Shown: piece by piece, positions 60,341 through 64,000 of the stretch
How the letters are laid out: every line of letters begins with the position of its first letter
Position numbering within the stretch: the first letter of the stretch is position 1
Assembly (NCBI GenBank): GCA_049512935.1
Contig: JBEKWR010000007.1
Location: forward strand, 1 to 64,000
Origin: Candidatus Bathyarchaeia archaeon
Lineage (GTDB): Archaea > Thermoproteota > Bathyarchaeia > Bathyarchaeales > Bathycorpusculaceae
Reading direction: 5' to 3'
Length of the DNA stretch: 64,000 bases
The notes under the pieces: model-generated
Database searches by the model: none
What the model saw: the letters and a program-made list of their open reading frames with translations, nothing else
Told to the model about the DNA's origin: nothing
Program-made: the position numbers and the translations under genes

Positions 60341-60664
60341 ATGGTCACCTGCCCGAATCCTTCATGTGGAAGAGTTTTCTCTACACCACTCAAAACCTTG
60401 AATGTGCGCTATTCGGCGGAACCTTACCCAGCATGCCCATACTGCTTAACCAAAATTGTTGACTCAAAAGCTAAAACCGACCAATCGGCAGAGGGCGAAA
60501 AAAGTCTCTTCAAAGAAAAAGGGTCCAAAAACAAGGAGAACCCCGCAGGCTGCCATCATTACTTAGGCTTCTTAAGCGAAAGGGAAGATAAACAGCAAAT
60601 TTCAGACGAATGCATCGTTTGCAAAGCCCTACTCGAGTGCATGCTTCAAAAAATGAGAGCATAA
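60341..60664 (+). CDS. Cys-rich zinc-binding hypothetical protein
   Basis: CPNPSC, CPYC, CHHYLG...CIVC...C. Confidence 0.75.
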   Translation: MVTCPNPSCGRVFSTPLKTLNVRYSAEPYPACPYCLTKIVDSKAKTDQSAEGEKSLFKEKGSKNKENPAGCHHYLGFLSEREDKQQISDECIVCKALLECMLQKMRA

Positions 60665-60739
60665 TCAACGCCATTTGCCGCGCTAAGTAGAACACTAAGA
60701 ATTTAAAAAAATGAAGAATTGAATTTGAAAAAGGGATTT

Positions 60740-61066
60740 TTATTTCTTTTTGCCTGTTCCGGTGGATGTGTCTGCTGGAGCTGCTTCTTCTGCTTTGGGT
60801 TCTTCTTTCTTCTCTTCGATTTCTGTTGTTATTTCTTCAATTGGTTTTGGAGGGGGCGTTGTCGCCATTGTCCAGCCTATCCATGCACCGATTACTAGAA
60901 CAGCGACGAATGCTATGGTAACGAGAACCAATACTGCATCTAGCCTAACAGTGGTCGAATTCCACCCGAATATTTGAGGGACACTTACTAGAATTAGGTA
61001 GCCTACAATGATTATAACGCATACGGCAAGTATTGCTCCACCTATTCCTTGATCTTTGCTAACCAT
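60740..61066 (-). CDS. conserved archaeal two-TM protein
   Basis: SKDQGIG...WIGWTMATTPPPKPIEEI. Confidence 0.8.
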   Translation of the reverse strand: MVSKDQGIGGAILAVCVIIIVGYLILVSVPQIFGWNSTTVRLDAVLVLVTIAFVAVLVIGAWIGWTMATTPPPKPIEEITTEIEEKKEEPKAEEAAPADTSTGTGKKK

Positions 61067-61138
61067 TTAAGTCACCACTTTATAGCCATGTACTATGTCA
61101 AGCAATTTAAAGTTTGTCATGCTTAACAGAGCCCTCGC

Positions 61139-62395
61139 TTAAGTAGTTCCCATTTCCCATGTTGAAAGGTACTTCTTCTGTTCAGCCGTCAGCTGATCGA
61201 TGTCAACACCCATTGCCTTCAATTTAAGTTCAGCAACCATTTCATCGATTTCCTTAGGCACAGTGAAAACCTTTGCCTTCAGCTTTTCCGATTTAGCGAT
61301 ATATTCAGAGCATAAGGCTTGATTAGCAAAAGACATATCCATGACTTCGGAGGGGTGCCCCTCAGCAGCTGCAAGGTTCACCAGTCTGCCTTCTGCAAGC
61401 AAGTAGAGTTTTCTGCCATCCTTCAGCGTGTACTCTTCCATGTTAGGACGAATCGTCCGCTTGCCTGTCGAAAGAGATTCCAAATCGGGGATGGAGATTT
61501 CCACGTTGAAATGCCCGCTGTTACACATGATGGCGCCATCCTTCATCTTCTGCATATGCTCCTTGCGGATGACATGCAGATCGCCCGTTGCCGTAACAAA
61601 AATATCTCCCAAAGCCGCTGCTTCAGACATCGGCATAACCCTCAAGCCGTTCATGGCTGCTTCCAACGCGCGAGTAGGCTGCACCTCTGTGACTATCACG
61701 TTTGCGCCCATGCCTTGCGCCCGCATCGCTATGCCCCGGCTGCACCAGCCGTAGCCTCCCACCACAAAGTTCTTGCCCGCGATAAGAACTGAAGTTGCCC
61801 GAAGAATGCCGTCCATGGTGCTTTGCCCTGTCCCATAACGGTTATCAAAAAGATATTTCGTGTACGCGTCGTTCACGGCCACGATCGGGTACTTTAGGCT
61901 TCCATCCTTCTCCATTGCTCTTAAACGGATAACGCCTGTCGTGGTTTCTTCCGTTCCGCCTTTAACGTTCTTCAACTGCGCCTGACGCTTGCTGTGTAGG
62001 GTCCCGACCAAGTCTGCGCCGTCATCAAGAGTAATAGTCGGATTGTAATCTAGCGCGTTGTCAATGCACCTGTAATACTCCTCGGTGTTTTGTCCTCTCC
62101 AAGCAAAAACGTGAACGCCGCTTTCAGCCAACGCAGCGGCTACATCATCTTGGGTTGAAAGAGGGTTGGAACCGCACAACGCAACCTTGGCGCCGCCAGC
62201 AGTTAGCGCCTGCGCTAAGACGGCTGTTTCCTTAGTCACGTGAAGGCACGCACCCAACGTCAAGCCTTTTAATGGTTTTTCCTTTTCAAACCTGCTTTTT
62301 ATCAGGTTAAGCACGGGCATGTGACGCGATGCCCATTCAATCTGCAACCGCCCCTGCGGTGCTAAAGTTTTATCTTTAACTTGAAAGTCTTCCAA
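61139..62395 (-). CDS. ahcY: adenosylhomocysteinase
   Basis: [51 protein letters not shown]. Confidence 0.98.
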   Translation of the reverse strand: MEDFQVKDKTLAPQGRLQIEWASRHMPVLNLIKSRFEKEKPLKGLTLGACLHVTKETAVLAQALTAGGAKVALCGSNPLSTQDDVAAALAESGVHVFAWRGQNTEEYYRCIDNALDYNPTITLDDGADLVGTLHSKRQAQLKNVKGGTEETTTGVIRLRAMEKDGSLKYPIVAVNDAYTKYLFDNRYGTGQSTMDGILRATSVLIAGKNFVVGGYGWCSRGIAMRAQGMGANVIVTEVQPTRALEAAMNGLRVMPMSEAAALGDIFVTATGDLHVIRKEHMQKMKDGAIMCNSGHFNVEISIPDLESLSTGKRTIRPNMEEYTLKDGRKLYLLAEGRLVNLAAAEGHPSEVMDMSFANQALCSEYIAKSEKLKAKVFTVPKEIDEMVAELKLKAMGVDIDQLTAEQKKYLSTWEMGTT

Positions 62396-62518
62396 GGCTA
62401 TTCCTTCTTTTCAGGAACAGTGTGTCTTCAACCTATTTTAGAATTTTCCTCGCCTTGAGCGGCAGAACTGGAAAAGTTTAATTAGAAACCCGTCCAGAGC
62501 TAACAGTAAGAAGGGCAA

Positions 62519-63127
62519 ATGATGAAGGAACCTTTTTCCAAATTTATACAGGCCCATTTAGGCAGGAAAACGTTGCTGATTACAACGGGATTGCCTGGAA
62601 CCTGGAAAACTGAAACCTCGGAGGAAATCTCGAAAATCAAAGGTTACCCAATTCTTCGAAGCGACATTATACGTCTGGAAGTGCTCAAGAACGAGGATGT
62701 TTTCGACGCAAAAGTAGCGGGAAACATGAGCAAGCGCCTTTCTGTCTACGATGAGGTTTTCAAAAGGGCTGACGAGCTAGCAGAGAAAGACGGCCTAGGA
62801 ATCATTTTGGACGCCACTTTCGTCACGCAGGATCTGAGGCGGCGAGCGGCTGAAATCGCGTCGAAGCACGACATGACCTTTGTTATTTTGCAGACAAGCT
62901 GCCCAGAAGAGGTCTCAATCGCCAGAATTCAGAGGCGCACCAAAGAGAATTACGAATCAAACGCACTAACAGTAGACGCCTACCTTGCCAACAAGAAAAA
63001 GTTTGAACCCGTAGACATTGAAGACCTAAAGAAAAGATATCCTACACTCAAACTGCTCCATTTAACAGTTGACACCTGCAGTGACGAGCCAGAGAACTGG
63101 TACATCATCGGAATGGAAAAAACCTAA
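62519..63127 (+). CDS. P-loop kinase (AAA_33 family)
   Basis: TGLPGTWKT, RSDIIR, ILDATF, RIQRR. Confidence 0.85.
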   Translation: MMKEPFSKFIQAHLGRKTLLITTGLPGTWKTETSEEISKIKGYPILRSDIIRLEVLKNEDVFDAKVAGNMSKRLSVYDEVFKRADELAEKDGLGIILDATFVTQDLRRRAAEIASKHDMTFVILQTSCPEEVSIARIQRRTKENYESNALTVDAYLANKKKFEPVDIEDLKKRYPTLKLLHLTVDTCSDEPENWYIIGMEKT

Positions 63128-63144
63128 ACGGAACCCGCCAAAAA

Positions 63145-64000
63145 ATGATAATCGATCTGCACATCCACTCCACCGCTTCAGACGGAAAATTTACTGTTCA
63201 GGAAATTTTTAGGGAAGCAAAGAACCGAAACATCGATTTCATGGCAATCACCGACCACGACTCCATCGGCTGCCAAGCCCAAGCCATCGCCGTGGCGAAA
63301 AAAGAAGCCATCCGCTACGTCACTGGAGCCGAGCTGAACGTGACCTTCACTCACCCCAAATACCATGAAGGCAAACCCGTTTCACTGGATTTCTTAGCTT
63401 ACCAATTCGATGCCACAAACAAAGCGTTCGAAGCCAAGCTTGAAACAATGGCGAAGTATCGGGAGGAACGAGCAGCAAAAATCCTCGATAACCTAAACAG
63501 GGAATTCAAAAAAGAAAACATTCAAGCATTAACTAAGGATGACCTTAGGCGGATTGAAGAATCAGTTGACGGCGTGCTCGGCAGACCCCACATCGCAGAC
63601 TACCTGGTCAAGAAAAACATTGTCAAGACGAGGCAGGAAGCCTTCGACAAGTACCTTGTCAAGTGCGACGTGCCCAAGTACCCGCTTTACCTGGAAGAAG
63701 CGTCAAAGCTTGTGCGAGCAGCGGGCGGAAAATTGGTTTTGGCCCACCCCAACGACCCCCATGGAACCTCGCTTGCGGCCTTGACTAAAGTGTTAGACGA
63801 GCAAACGGGAATTATCCAAGAAAAAATGCTCCCATACATTGACGGCGTGGAATGCTGGCACTCAAGAAGCACGGCGGAAACAACAGTGCATTATGTAGAG
63901 TTCGCCAAGACGCATGGGTTAATGATGACGGGCGGAAGCGACTGCCACCAAAAACCAATCATCATGGGCACGGTTCAAGTTCCCGAATGGGTAGCCGACC
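63145..64000 (+). CDS. PHP-domain metal-dependent phosphoesterase (TrpH-like), 3' truncated
   Basis: MIIDLHIHSTASDG, AITDHD, GRPHIA, LAHP, TGGSDCH. Confidence 0.93.
   Translation, partial: MIIDLHIHSTASDGKFTVQEIFREAKNRNIDFMAITDHDSIGCQAQAIAVAKKEAIRYVTGAELNVTFTHPKYHEGKPVSLDFLAYQFDATNKAFEAKLETMAKYREERAAKILDNLNREFKKENIQALTKDDLRRIEESVDGVLGRPHIADYLVKKNIVKTRQEAFDKYLVKCDVPKYPLYLEEASKLVRAAGGKLVLAHPNDPHGTSLAALTKVLDEQTGIIQEKMLPYIDGVECWHSRSTAETTVHYVEFAKTHGLMMTGGSDCHQKPIIMGTVQVPEWVAD

Overview
Archaeal chromosomal window; the gene set and order (rps6e-eif2g-PIN-rpo7-spt4-rps24e-rps27ae, rpl3-rpl4-rpl23-rpl2-rps19, Fae-Hps, tungsten oxidoreductase) suggest a Bathyarchaeia-like TACK archaeon (inference). 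Core translation clusters are interrupted by accessory DNA. (i) A B12 radical SAM gene lies between tRNA-Glu(TTC) and a decayed copy of that tRNA's 3' half. (ii) An AT-rich island at about 17.2-23.35 kb carries a broken tyrosine integrase, an ABC-ATPase/TOPRIM pair and a PD-(D/E)XK nuclease. (iii) A membrane-stress cluster follows an intron-containing tRNA-Ser(CGA). (iv) A cluster of small Zn-finger/OB-fold proteins surrounds aIF1A and an out-of-context aIF2alpha. The most unexplained signal is a non-coding dispersed repeat (3 copies) with a perfect 18-bp palindrome TTTTGGAATATTCCAAAA followed 148-149 bp later by an invariant 17-mer. Other notable items: an aconitase-IDH-ATP citrate lyase (aclBA) operon, an HTH-fused Fae-Hps, a WOR5-like tungsten enzyme pair and an AhbD-like radical SAM with a 350-aa N-terminal extension. 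Family assignments are from motif recognition only; no searches were run.
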